NCBI GenBank assembly: GCA_031367195.1
Contig: JANLPL010000250.1
Coordinates: forward strand, 12,569 to 76,568
From: Bradyrhizobium sp.
GTDB lineage: Bacteria; Pseudomonadota; Alphaproteobacteria; Rhizobiales; Beijerinckiaceae
Direction of reading: 5' to 3'
Length of the DNA: 64,000 nt
Position 1 is the stretch's first letter. Every line of letters begins with the position of its first letter. Below the pieces are notes generated by a model that saw only the letters and a program-made list of their open reading frames with translations, had not been told where the DNA came from and did not search any database. The translations under genes were made by a program, and so were the position numbers. Positions 30,143 through 39,559 of the stretch are shown piece by piece.

Positions 30143-30898
30143 TTAGCCCACAGCCCGGCGCGGCGCGGTCGATCCGTCCGCCTGCGTCGCGGACATGAAC
30201 TGGACGATCATGTCGGCGGCCGGGCAGCTCATCGGCAAAGCGTTGAGGCGGGGCGTGTCGGCGCCCAGGTTTTGGCTGAGCGCTGCGGGATAGCCCTGGC
30301 TCCAGCTTAGCCCCGCCTCGCTCGGGTCGACATGGCGCGACATCCAGCCAGGCATCGCTTGCTGAACGGCGGCCAGCGCGGCGTTTACGCCGCGCATGAT
30401 GTCGGTCAGCATTTCCGCGCGCTGCTCTTTCGCCCGCAACGCCTCGCCGGTCGGAACAATAGACCCAATCCAAGCCCTCATCATATGCGCGTGCAGGAGC
30501 GCGCGCGGAATCTGTCGCAACACCCGTTCGGCGGCGGGCCGCGATCCGGCGGTCTCCAGCAGATATGCGGCGCCGAGGATCATGAACAACTGAAACTGTG
30601 GCGAATAGCGATAGGTCCGGAAATCCTGGGTCAGACCCAGGGTCACGAACTTGCGGGAGCCTTCGGCGCCATAGACGACGCTGTCGGCCAAAGTCGAACT
30701 GACATCGGCGGGCGGGGCGCCGGGCAGGGCGAGCTTGCCGCCGTTTTTGCCGGCCTGCTCCAGAGCGCGCGAGAAAAGCAGTATGGCCGCGTTGAGCGCG
30801 GCGTCGATTTTGTCCACCGGCTCCCAGGAGGGAGCCCTCGGCGGTGCGGGGGCTGCGGGCGGCTTCCCCGGGAACAAACGCTTGAATACGCCAAACAC
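30143..30898 (-). CDS. Hypothetical protein
   Basis: Fills gap between ADH and next gene; plausible GTG start; Pro/Ala-rich N-terminus; no family recognised. Confidence 0.65.
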   Translation of the reverse strand: MFGVFKRLFPGKPPAAPAPPRAPSWEPVDKIDAALNAAILLFSRALEQAGKNGGKLALPGAPPADVSSTLADSVVYGAEGSRKFVTLGLTQDFRTYRYSPQFQLFMILGAAYLLETAGSRPAAERVLRQIPRALLHAHMMRAWIGSIVPTGEALRAKEQRAEMLTDIMRGVNAALAAVQQAMPGWMSRHVDPSEAGLSWSQGYPAALSQNLGADTPRLNALPMSCPAADMIVQFMSATQADGSTAPRRAVG

Positions 30899-30975
30899 GC
30901 GAGACCCCCGCAACCGGTCGATGGCGGCAATGTTACGCGCTCTCGGCTAACCCTAAGTAAATCCGGCTTCCCCTC

Positions 30976-32730
30976 TCAGGGGCGCCCGAACCACGCGAGC
31001 TTTTCACGCAGCGTCACCACCGACCCCACGATAATGATCGTCGGCCCGCGCAACCCGGCGTCGCGGGCCAGCCCCGCCAGCGTCGTCAGCGTCCCCGCGA
31101 CCACGCGCTGCCCCGCGCGCGCGCCATTTTCGACCACCGCCGCCGGCGTCGCCGGATCGACCCCTCTCGCGACAGCGTCCTCCATCAGCGCCTCGATCTG
31201 GTTGAGCCCCATATAGATCGCCACGGTCTGGCCCGGCTGCATCAGCGCGCGCCAGTCGTGATCGAGCCGCCCGGCGCGTCCCTGCGCGGTGACGAACACG
31301 CAGGTCTGCGCGTGGTCGCGGTGCGTCAGCGGAATCCCGGCGTAAGCCGAGCAGCCGATCGCGGCGGTTACGCCAGGGCAGACCTCGAACGGCACGTGCT
31401 GTTCCGCCAGCGCCTCGATCTCCTCGCCCCCGCGCCCGAACAGGAATGGATCGCCGCCCTTCAGCCGCAGCACCCTTTTGCCGCGCTGGGCGTGGGCGAT
31501 CAGCAGGCGGCCGATCTCCTCCTGCGGCACGGCGTGATGGTCGGCCTGCTTGCCGACATAGACCCGTTCAGCGTCGGCGGGAAGCAAAGCCAGGATCGAG
31601 CGATCAACCAAGCGGTCGTACAACACGACTTCCGCGCGCTCGATCAGCGCTTTGGCGCGCAAGGTCAGCAAATCGACCTCGCCGGGGCCGGCGCCGACGA
31701 GATAGACTTCGCCCATGACCGGCGGCGCCGGGCGCAATTCGGCCGCCACGCCGGGCAGAAAATGCGCGCGGTCGCGCGCGGCCCATAACTCACGCGCCTC
31801 AGCCAGCGCGTCGTCAGGCGAGAAGCCCATCACGCCGAGCGCCAGCGCCATTGTGCCGACGATGGCGCCTTCCGCCCGCGCATCCTCGCGCCCGCGCCAG
31901 ACTTCGACCAGCGCCTCGATCTTCGGCGGGCCTTCCTTCTCCGGCGCGGCCTCGATCAGCGATGGGAACGTGAAATCACCGGCGATTCCATCCTCCGCGG
32001 CGGCGATCTCGACCGGTTTCTCCGGCCGCCGCTCGTTCTCGCCGCCGTCGCCGCGAAAACTCCACACACGGGAATCGCCCAGCGCCAGCGCCGCGTCGCG
32101 ATGCAAGGGCACGTAGCCGGGATGGAACGCGGCTTGCAACGACGCTTTCGCGCCGAAGGGATTGAGGCTCCGCGCCAGCGTGTTGACCGCCGAGCGCAGG
32201 CCAAGCACCGGCTTCAGCGCCAGCAGCCGCGCGAGTTTCGGCTCGATGCGGTCGAGCGAGAGATAGGCGAAGCCGCGCTTTGCCAGTTGCGCCTGCGCCT
32301 CCGCCCAATCGCGCGCCGGCGGCAGGCCGAGGCGGGCCAGGGTCTCGCCCGCGTAGAGCCGGCCCGCCGTCGTGCCGTCGAGCCCATGCAGCGCAATGCG
32401 GTATCCTGCCCCCGCGAGCCGCAGCGCGGCCAACAGGTGCCAGGGCGCACGACGCGCCTTGCCGGCGTAGCAGGGCCAGTCGAGGGCGGGGCGCGGCTCG
32501 CTCGGCGCCGGCAATCGCGCCCGCACCGCGCGCACGAAGCCGGCGATTTCGTGCGCGCTCTCCTCCTTCATCCGCAGCAGCATCAGGAAGGCGCCGATCT
32601 GCTCCGGCAGCGCCTCGCCATCGAGGATCATCGTCATCGCGCGCTGGGCTTCCTCGGCGCTGAGGCCGCGCGAAAGCGTCTTGCCGCGCCCGAGCAGGCG
32701 GATGAATTGGGCGAAGGGGTGAGGCGTCAT
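30976..32730 (-). CDS. Fusion: TrpD/YbiB-like (glycosyl transferase family 3) domain plus uroporphyrinogen-III C-methyltransferase (CysG/CobA SUMT)
   Basis: N-part GRGKTLSR..QIGAFLMLLRMKEES, LDWPCYAGK, GDGGENE; C-part VYLVGAGPG..LLTL, RLKGGDPFLFGRGGEE, PGVTAA, THRD, IYMG. Confidence 0.88.
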   Translation of the reverse strand: MTPHPFAQFIRLLGRGKTLSRGLSAEEAQRAMTMILDGEALPEQIGAFLMLLRMKEESAHEIAGFVRAVRARLPAPSEPRPALDWPCYAGKARRAPWHLLAALRLAGAGYRIALHGLDGTTAGRLYAGETLARLGLPPARDWAEAQAQLAKRGFAYLSLDRIEPKLARLLALKPVLGLRSAVNTLARSLNPFGAKASLQAAFHPGYVPLHRDAALALGDSRVWSFRGDGGENERRPEKPVEIAAAEDGIAGDFTFPSLIEAAPEKEGPPKIEALVEVWRGREDARAEGAIVGTMALALGVMGFSPDDALAEARELWAARDRAHFLPGVAAELRPAPPVMGEVYLVGAGPGEVDLLTLRAKALIERAEVVLYDRLVDRSILALLPADAERVYVGKQADHHAVPQEEIGRLLIAHAQRGKRVLRLKGGDPFLFGRGGEEIEALAEQHVPFEVCPGVTAAIGCSAYAGIPLTHRDHAQTCVFVTAQGRAGRLDHDWRALMQPGQTVAIYMGLNQIEALMEDAVARGVDPATPAAVVENGARAGQRVVAGTLTTLAGLARDAGLRGPTIIIVGSVVTLREKLAWFGRP

Positions 32731-32752
32731 GGCGGTCTCCGAACCGCTCCTA

Positions 32753-33448
32753 TCACGCGGATTGAAACACCGTCAGCCGATCCGCGGCGCCGCGCAGCAC
32801 GGCGCGGATCGGCATGTCCTCGATCGGACCGTCGCCGAGCGCCCGCGCGTATGTCGCCGCCTTCGCCGGCCCCTCGATCTGCAGGGCGAGCGCGCGAGCG
32901 CGCAGCAGCGCCCGGCCGGTCAGCGTGAGGCGCGGCTCCAGCCCGTCGGGCGCGCCAATCGCGGCCACCAGCGCCCGGGCGGTCGGACTGACCGTCTCGC
33001 TCAAGCCCGCCGCATGGGGAAACCAAGAGGCGGTGTGGCCGTCGTCGCCCATGCCGAGCACGACGAGATCGGCAGGCGTTGGCAGGCGCGCCACGCGCGC
33101 CGCCGCTGACGCCAGCTCCTGCTCCGGCGCGAGACGGGAATCGGCGAGCGGGCAGAACTGAGCTTGCAGCGCCTTGCCTTGAAGGAGCGTCTCGCGCACC
33201 AGTCGCGCGTTCGAGCGCGGATGATCGTCGGCCACGCGGCGCTCGTCGGCCAGCGTTACGGCGACGCGGGCCCAATCGAGATCCTGGGCCGACAGCGCGG
33301 CGAAATAACGCTTTGGCGTCGAGCCGCCGGAGACGATCAGCAGCGCCATGCCGCGCGCGGCGATCGCCTCGCGCAACAGCGCGGCGGTCCATTCGGCGAA
33401 GGCCTGCGCGAGCGCTTGTCCGTCCGCGAATTGGCGAAGCTCGGTCAT
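32753..33448 (-). CDS. pgl: 6-phosphogluconolactonase
   Basis: VSGGSTP, DERRV, SNARLV, LGMGDDGHTASWFP, PRLTLT; adjacent to zwf. Confidence 0.95.
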   Translation of the reverse strand: MTELRQFADGQALAQAFAEWTAALLREAIAARGMALLIVSGGSTPKRYFAALSAQDLDWARVAVTLADERRVADDHPRSNARLVRETLLQGKALQAQFCPLADSRLAPEQELASAAARVARLPTPADLVVLGMGDDGHTASWFPHAAGLSETVSPTARALVAAIGAPDGLEPRLTLTGRALLRARALALQIEGPAKAATYARALGDGPIEDMPIRAVLRGAADRLTVFQSA

Positions 33449-34914
33449 TCGTACTCCTCGTTCCAGGTGCGGCCGTCGCGCTCGATCAGCGCGATCGAGG
33501 CGGCGGGGCCCCAGGTTCCAGCGGCGTAAGGGCGCGGCGGCTCGCCGCTGTGCGCCCAGGCGGCGCGGATCGGATCGACGAAGGCCCAGGCCGCCTCGAC
33601 CTCGTCGCGGCGCATGAACAGCGACGCGTTGCCGCGCACCGCATCCATCAGCAGCCGCTCATAGGCTTCCGGCGACTTGGCGCCGAACGCCTCGGCGAAG
33701 CTCATGTCGAGCGGCACGTGTTGCAACCTCATGCCGCCGGGGCCGGGCTCCTTGATCATCAACCAAAGCTTGATGCCCTCGTCCGGCTGGACGCGGATCA
33801 CCAGCCGGTTGGCGGGAATGCCGTCGGAGCCGTGATCGAAGATTGCGTGCGGCACGCGGCGGAAGCCGACCACGATCTCGGAGAATCGTTGCGGTAGCCG
33901 CTTGCCGGTGCGCAGATAGAACGGCACGCCCGCCCAACGCCAGTTGGCGACGGCGAGCTTCAGCGCAACGAAGGTCTCCGTTTCGCTGGTCTCCTTGTCG
34001 ACGTCCTTCTGATAGCTTTCGGCCTGCGCGCCTTCCGCGAAGCCTGCGCGATACTGGCCGCGCACCGTGAGCTGCGAGATATTGCTTTCGTTGATCGGCG
34101 ACAGCGCCTTCAGCACTTTCAGCTTCTCGTCGCGCAGCGCATCGGCTTCAAGCGAAGCGGGCGGCTCCATCGCCACCAGACAGAGAAGCTGCAACATATG
34201 GTTCTGCACCATGTCGCGCAGCGCGCCGGATTCGTCGTAATAAGCGCCGCGGCCGCCGACGCCGAGCGTCTCGGCGACGGTGATCTGCACGTGGTCGATA
34301 TGCGCGCTGTTCCACACCGGCTCGAACAAGGCGTTGGCGAAGCGCAGCGCCATCAGGTTCTGCACCGTCTCCTTGCCGAGATAATGGTCGATGCGGAAGA
34401 TGTTCTTCTCCAGGAACACCGAGCCGAGCGCATCGTTGATCGCCGCCGCGCTGGCGGCGTCATGGCCGATCGGCTTCTCGACGATGATGCGCGAAGTCGG
34501 GCTCGCAAGACCCTCCGCGCCGATCCGCTTGCCGATCGGGGCGAACAGATCTGGTCCGGTGGCGAGATAGAAGGCGAGGACGCGCGCGTCCTCGCCGAGC
34601 AGCGTCTTGAACTCCTTCCAGCCCTTCTTTCCGGTGACATCGAGCGTCTGATAGTCGATCCGCTCGATGAATTTTTCCAGCGCCGCGCCGTTCTTGGCCT
34701 CGCCGTATTTGGCCAAGGCTTCGCGCACGCTGATCTGAAACGCCTCGCGCGACATTTCGCGGCGCGAGACGCCGATGATGCGGGTCGGATCGGTGAACTG
34801 GCCGCCCTTCTCGCGATGATAGAGCGCGGGAAACAGTTTGCGATAGGCGAGATCGCCCGTGCCGCCGAATACGACGAGATCGAACGGATCGACCTTGATG
34901 ATCTTGGAAGCCAT
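33445..34914 (-). CDS. zwf: Glucose-6-phosphate 1-dehydrogenase
   Basis: GGTGDLA, IVEKPIG, RIDHYLGKETVQN, DMVQNH, PFYLRTGKR. Confidence 0.97.
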   Translation of the reverse strand: MASKIIKVDPFDLVVFGGTGDLAYRKLFPALYHREKGGQFTDPTRIIGVSRREMSREAFQISVREALAKYGEAKNGAALEKFIERIDYQTLDVTGKKGWKEFKTLLGEDARVLAFYLATGPDLFAPIGKRIGAEGLASPTSRIIVEKPIGHDAASAAAINDALGSVFLEKNIFRIDHYLGKETVQNLMALRFANALFEPVWNSAHIDHVQITVAETLGVGGRGAYYDESGALRDMVQNHMLQLLCLVAMEPPASLEADALRDEKLKVLKALSPINESNISQLTVRGQYRAGFAEGAQAESYQKDVDKETSETETFVALKLAVANWRWAGVPFYLRTGKRLPQRFSEIVVGFRRVPHAIFDHGSDGIPANRLVIRVQPDEGIKLWLMIKEPGPGGMRLQHVPLDMSFAEAFGAKSPEAYERLLMDAVRGNASLFMRRDEVEAAWAFVDPIRAAWAHSGEPPRPYAAGTWGPAASIALIERDGRTWNEEYE

Positions 34915-34975
34915 ATTCACCTCTCTGAATTGAGCCGGCTCACGGCGGGCTCCCTGCGGCCATCGCGCCTCGGGA

Positions 34976-36262
34976 TCAACCCTCGACGGCGGCTTCCTTG
35001 AACAAAACGTCGCGATCCCTGGCGAAACTCTTGATCAGCGGCAGCGCCGCCGCGCCGATCGCGCGCGCGTTCGGGCCGATCACGCCGGGAAGGATGCGCA
35101 CGTCCGACAGACCGCGTCGGTCGAGCTTTTCCAATTCCGCCGCCGTCAACAGACACAAGGTCTGACGCACCGAAGGCGGCGTCGCCCCGTCGATCACTAT
35201 GGCGCCGACGTCGATCACCGAGATCGCCGATACTATGGCGTAGGCGAGCGCGCGCGCGGCCTCCTCGAGCCATAGTTTCAGCGGCTCGCCGAATTCCTCC
35301 CAGGCGTCCGGCGTCAGCCAGATCGAGGACGGGTCGAGCCCGGCTTCCGCAACACGGCGTTCGAGCTGATAGATCGAGGCGAAATGGATGAGCTGGGCCA
35401 GCCCCCCCCGCTCGCCGGGAACCGGCATCGAGCCGACAGCCGCCGCATTGCCGGTGCGGCCGAGATAAAGCGAACTGTTGAGAACGAGCCCGCCGCCGAG
35501 AAAATCGCCGACGAAGAGATAGAGGTAGTCGCGCTCCTGCCAGGCTTCGCCGAAGTAGTATTCCGCCGCGCAGGCCGAGGTGGCGTCGTTGCAGATCGTG
35601 ATCGGAAGCCCGCAATGGCGGCCGAGTTCGGCCGCGAGGTCGAGCGAGCGCCAGCCGTCGAGCGCGCCGGCGGGGGCGCCGATCTCGTCCGACCAACCCC
35701 ACAGCTGAAACGGCAGCGCGACGCCCAGCCCGGCGAGCCGCGCCTTTTGGCGTTGGGAAAGCCGCGCCGTAAGTCGCGGCAGCGCGCTTTCCGCGAAGGC
35801 CAGCACCGCCTCCGGAGTCGGGTAGGAATAGTCGAGGCTTTCGCCATCGCGGATTTTTCCCGCGAAATCGACCAGCACTAGATCGCTCGAACGCCGTCCG
35901 ATCTTCAGCCCGAAGGCGAACGCGCCCTCCGGATCGATGGAGACGGGAACCGTGGGCTGACCGACCCGGCCGCGCAGCGGCGCCTCGCGCTTCAGGAGCC
36001 CTTCGCCGCTGAGCCGGTTCATGATGGTTGATGTGGATTGCACCGAAAGGCCTGTCATTCTGGCCACTTCGATCTTGGAAAGCTGACCAAAGCGGCGCAC
36101 CAGCGATAGCGCCAGGCGCTCGTTGTAAACGCGCACGCCCGCCTGATCGGCCCCGCTTACAGGCAGGTCCGAGGCTTGGCTGAAGTCCGCCGGTTCCGGC
36201 ATATGCGTCCCCGAGCCTTCCGTCCCCATAGCGGGAGCGTTCGCGGAGCTGCTCCCGTCCAT
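34976..36262 (-). CDS. ROK family transcriptional regulator (FrcR-like)
   Basis: N-terminal wHTH (LSKIEVARMTGLSVQSTSTI, GRVGQP), ICNDATSACAAE, GDFLGGGLVLN; start could be 36203. Confidence 0.9.
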   Translation of the reverse strand: MDGSSSANAPAMGTEGSGTHMPEPADFSQASDLPVSGADQAGVRVYNERLALSLVRRFGQLSKIEVARMTGLSVQSTSTIMNRLSGEGLLKREAPLRGRVGQPTVPVSIDPEGAFAFGLKIGRRSSDLVLVDFAGKIRDGESLDYSYPTPEAVLAFAESALPRLTARLSQRQKARLAGLGVALPFQLWGWSDEIGAPAGALDGWRSLDLAAELGRHCGLPITICNDATSACAAEYYFGEAWQERDYLYLFVGDFLGGGLVLNSSLYLGRTGNAAAVGSMPVPGERGGLAQLIHFASIYQLERRVAEAGLDPSSIWLTPDAWEEFGEPLKLWLEEAARALAYAIVSAISVIDVGAIVIDGATPPSVRQTLCLLTAAELEKLDRRGLSDVRILPGVIGPNARAIGAAALPLIKSFARDRDVLFKEAAVEG

Positions 36263-36303
36263 TCGTTGTCATCGCGGCGCAGTCTGACCGCGAGACAGCG
36301 CGG

Positions 36304-36342
36304 TGTCAATAATAAATCAAACGTATTGAATTATCCTTGACA
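36304..36342. promoter_or_regulatory. Divergent -35 hexamers flanking an AT-rich palindrome (putative ROK operator)
   Basis: TGTCAA 36304-36309 and TTGACA 36337-36342 flank ATAAATCAA-acgta-TTGAATTAT (36312-36334, one mismatch). Confidence 0.65.
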
Positions 36343-36463
36343 AGCGTGTCCGGTTTGCGTCTATAGGCTGGCGACGAGCCGGCGGGCTGGGCGCCGCCCT
36401 TGCGGTTCTCCTGGCGATAGCTGTTCTCTTCCGCAAAGCCTGAACCGTTTCTGGGAGGAATAC

Positions 36464-37489
36464 ATGTCCAAGTTCAATCGCAGCCTCGCCGTCGTGGCGG
36501 GCGCGGCACTTTCGCTCGGCCTTATGGCCTCGGGCGCGCAGGCCGAAGTCGGCGCCTGCCTGATCACCAAGAACAACACCAATCCCTTCTTCGTGAAGAT
36601 GAAGGAAGGCGCTGGAATCGGCGCCAAGAACGCGGGCATCTCGCTCAAGGCTTTCGCCGGCGTCAAGGACGGCGACGCCGCTCCCCAGATCAACGCGATC
36701 GAAAACTGCATCGCCGCCGGCGTGAAGGGCATTCTCATCACCGCCTCGAACGATTCGGTCGTCCCCGCGCTCAAGAAGGCGCGTGCGGCCGGCGTCCTGG
36801 TGATCGCGCTCGACACCGAAATCAGCGACAAGGACGCCCAGGACATCACCTTCGCGACCGATAACTTCCAGGCCGGCATCCTGATCGGTCAATGGGCCAA
36901 GGCGACCTTGGGCGACAAAGCGAAAGACGCGCATATCGCGATGCTCGACATCAACAAAGACAACATTTCCGTCGATGTGCAGCGCGACACCGGGTTCCTG
37001 AAAGGCTTTGGCATCGACGTGCCGAACCTGAAAGTGCTCGCCTCTGAAAAGGACTCGCGCGTCGTGGGTCACGAGACCTCGGAAGCCAGTCCGGCGGGCG
37101 GCGTCAAGGCGATGGAGACGCTCCTCGCCAAGGATCCGAACATCAATGTCGTTTACACAATCAACGAGCCTGCCGCCGAAGGCGCGTTCCAGGCCCTCAA
37201 GAAGGCCGGCAAGGAGAAGGGCGTGCTGGTCGTCTCGGTCGACGGCGGTTGCCCCGGCGTCAAGAGCGTTGGTTCGGGCGTCATCGGCGCCACTTCGCAG
37301 CAGTATCCGCTGTTGATGGCGTCGAAGGGCATCGAAGCGATCGCCGCCTACGCCAAGGACGGCACGAAGCCGAAGCCCACCGAAGGCCTGAACTTCTATA
37401 ACACCGGCGTGAACCTCATCACGGATCATCCGGCGGCGGGCGTTCCCTCGCTCGACGTGAAAGAAGGTACGGCCAAGTGCTGGGGCTGA
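36464..37489 (+). CDS. Sugar ABC transporter substrate-binding protein (FrcB-like)
   Basis: Signal peptide, [43 protein letters not shown]. Confidence 0.9.
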   Translation: MSKFNRSLAVVAGAALSLGLMASGAQAEVGACLITKNNTNPFFVKMKEGAGIGAKNAGISLKAFAGVKDGDAAPQINAIENCIAAGVKGILITASNDSVVPALKKARAAGVLVIALDTEISDKDAQDITFATDNFQAGILIGQWAKATLGDKAKDAHIAMLDINKDNISVDVQRDTGFLKGFGIDVPNLKVLASEKDSRVVGHETSEASPAGGVKAMETLLAKDPNINVVYTINEPAAEGAFQALKKAGKEKGVLVVSVDGGCPGVKSVGSGVIGATSQQYPLLMASKGIEAIAAYAKDGTKPKPTEGLNFYNTGVNLITDHPAAGVPSLDVKEGTAKCWG

Positions 37490-37524
37490 TCGCCTCGCAC
37501 TGAGTTGGATATGGCTTGAACGAG

Positions 37525-37555
37525 GCGAAGGGCGGCTGCTATGGTCGCCCTTCGT
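37525..37555 (+). other. Intercistronic stem-loop after the binding-protein gene (mRNA stabiliser or attenuator)
   Basis: GCGAAGGGCGGC / GTCGCCCTTCGT stem with 7-nt loop, no T tract. Confidence 0.5.
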
Positions 37556-37601
37556 CATATGATCGCGATAACGCGTCTTGCTTGCGCATGGGGGGGATCG
37601 A

Positions 37602-38681
37602 GTGAGCGATCAAGCCGGACCGACCAAGGTCATTTCCGACTACGAGGCGAAACTCGAAAAGGCCGACACCTCGGTCGCCACCTTCGAGCGGGACGACAAG
37701 ACGTTCGTCCATATCCTGCGTGGGTTTCTACGCTCCAATCCGACCGCTATTCCCGCGCTCGTGCTGCTGGTCAGCGTGCTGTTTTTCGGCGTCGTCGCCA
37801 ACAATTTCCTCAAGGCCAGCACGCTGTCGCTGATCTTGCAGCAGGTCACCGTCACCGGCGTCATCGCCATCGCGCAGACCGCGATCATCCTCACCGCCGG
37901 CATTGATCTCAGCGTCGGCGCGATTCTCGTGCTGTCGTCGATCGTCATGGGCAAGCTCGCGGTCGGATCGGGTGTTCCCGCGCCGCTCGCCGTCGCGATC
38001 GGCATGGGGGCCGGGGCGTTGATGGGCTATCTCAACGGGGCGCTGGTCACCTATGTCCGCCTGCCGCCGTTCATCGTTACGCTGGGCACGCTCAGCATCT
38101 TCAACGCGCTCAAACTCTGGTATTCGCAATCCGAATCGGTGCGCGCCGACGATATCGAGAGCAAGGCGCCGTTCCTCATTTGGTTCGGCAAGACTTTCAA
38201 CATTCTTGGCGCCCAGGTGACCTATGGCGGCGTCGCCATGATCCTGCTCGCCATCCTCGCCTGGTACATGCTGAACCGAACGCCCTGGGGACGGCACGTG
38301 CATGCCGTGGGCGACGATCCCGACTCGGCGCTGCTGGCCGGTATCCAGGTCAGCCGAGTGCTGGTGACGGTTTATGTCTTCGCCGGTCTCGTCTGCGGCT
38401 TCTGCGCCTGGATCGCCATCGGCCGCGTCGGCTCGGTGTCGCCGATCGGTTTTGAAACGACGAACCTCGATTCAATAACGGCGACCGTGATCGGCGGCAC
38501 GTCGCTGTTCGGCGGCCGCGGCTCGATCGGCGGCTCGGTGCTCGGCGCGCTGATCGTCGGTGTGTTCAACACCGGCCTGTCCTTGGCGGGCGTCGATGAT
38601 TATTGGCAGGTTTTCACCACCGGCGTGCTCGTCATTGTCGCCGTGGCGATCGATCAATGGCTGCGGAGGGCCACCCAGTGA
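37602..38681 (+). CDS. Sugar ABC transporter permease (FrcC-like)
   Basis: LTAGIDLSVG, RLPPFIVTLG, GRHVHAVGDD, VIGGTSLFGGRG. Confidence 0.92.
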   Translation: MSDQAGPTKVISDYEAKLEKADTSVATFERDDKTFVHILRGFLRSNPTAIPALVLLVSVLFFGVVANNFLKASTLSLILQQVTVTGVIAIAQTAIILTAGIDLSVGAILVLSSIVMGKLAVGSGVPAPLAVAIGMGAGALMGYLNGALVTYVRLPPFIVTLGTLSIFNALKLWYSQSESVRADDIESKAPFLIWFGKTFNILGAQVTYGGVAMILLAILAWYMLNRTPWGRHVHAVGDDPDSALLAGIQVSRVLVTVYVFAGLVCGFCAWIAIGRVGSVSPIGFETTNLDSITATVIGGTSLFGGRGSIGGSVLGALIVGVFNTGLSLAGVDDYWQVFTTGVLVIVAVAIDQWLRRATQ

Positions 38682-39460
38682 GCGAACGTCAACCCATCCT
38701 CATGGCGCGCGGCCTGTCGAAGCGCTATGGCCACGTCGTCGCTCTCAACAACGCCGATTTCGACCTCTATCCCGGCGAAATCCTCGCCGTGATCGGCGAC
38801 AACGGCGCCGGCAAGACGAGCCTGATCAAGGCGATTACGGGCGCGGTATCGCCTGATCACGGCGAAATCCGCCTCAACGGTCAGGTGGTCCATTTCCGCT
38901 CGCCGCAGGACGCCCGCGCGGCCGGCATCGAGACGGTTTACCAGAACCTCGCCTTGTCCCCGGCCTTGTCGATTGCGGACAACATGTTCCTGGGGCGCGA
39001 GCGCATCAAGCCCGGCCTGATGGGTAAATTGTTCAGGACCCTGGATCGCGCCGGAATGCAGAAATTCGCGCGCGACAAGCTCACAGAACTTGGCCTGATG
39101 ACGATCCAGAATATCGATCAGCCGGTGGAATCGCTTTCGGGCGGCCAGCGACAAGGCGTGGCGGTGGCGCGGGCGGCGGCGTTCGGCTCCAATGTCGTCA
39201 TCATGGACGAGCCGACGGCGGCGCTTGGCGTCAAGGAATCGCGCCGCGTGCTGGAGCTGATTTTGGACGTGAAGAAGCGCGGTCTGCCGATCATCCTCAT
39301 CTCGCACAATATGCCGCATGTGTTCGAGGTGGCCGACCGCATCCATATTCACCGACTCGGCCGCAGGCTCACCGTCGTCGACCCGAAGAAAGTGACGATG
39401 TCGGACGCCGTCGCCATGATGACCGGCGCGATGGCGCCGCCGCCGGACGCCCTGAATTAG
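38678..39460 (+). CDS. Sugar ABC transporter ATPase (FrcA-like)
   Basis: GDNGAGKT, LSGGQRQ, IMDEPT, ISHN; GTG start overlaps permease stop. Confidence 0.93.
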   Translation: MSERQPILMARGLSKRYGHVVALNNADFDLYPGEILAVIGDNGAGKTSLIKAITGAVSPDHGEIRLNGQVVHFRSPQDARAAGIETVYQNLALSPALSIADNMFLGRERIKPGLMGKLFRTLDRAGMQKFARDKLTELGLMTIQNIDQPVESLSGGQRQGVAVARAAAFGSNVVIMDEPTAALGVKESRRVLELILDVKKRGLPIILISHNMPHVFEVADRIHIHRLGRRLTVVDPKKVTMSDAVAMMTGAMAPPPDALN

Positions 39461-39559
39461 GTTGCGCTGCGGCGCCTCGGTGGCTGCCGTAAGGGAAATC
39501 TAAAGCCTAACGACCTATTCTGCCCCCGAGAGTTTTGGGTCATCGTGGGCGCCAGGCGT

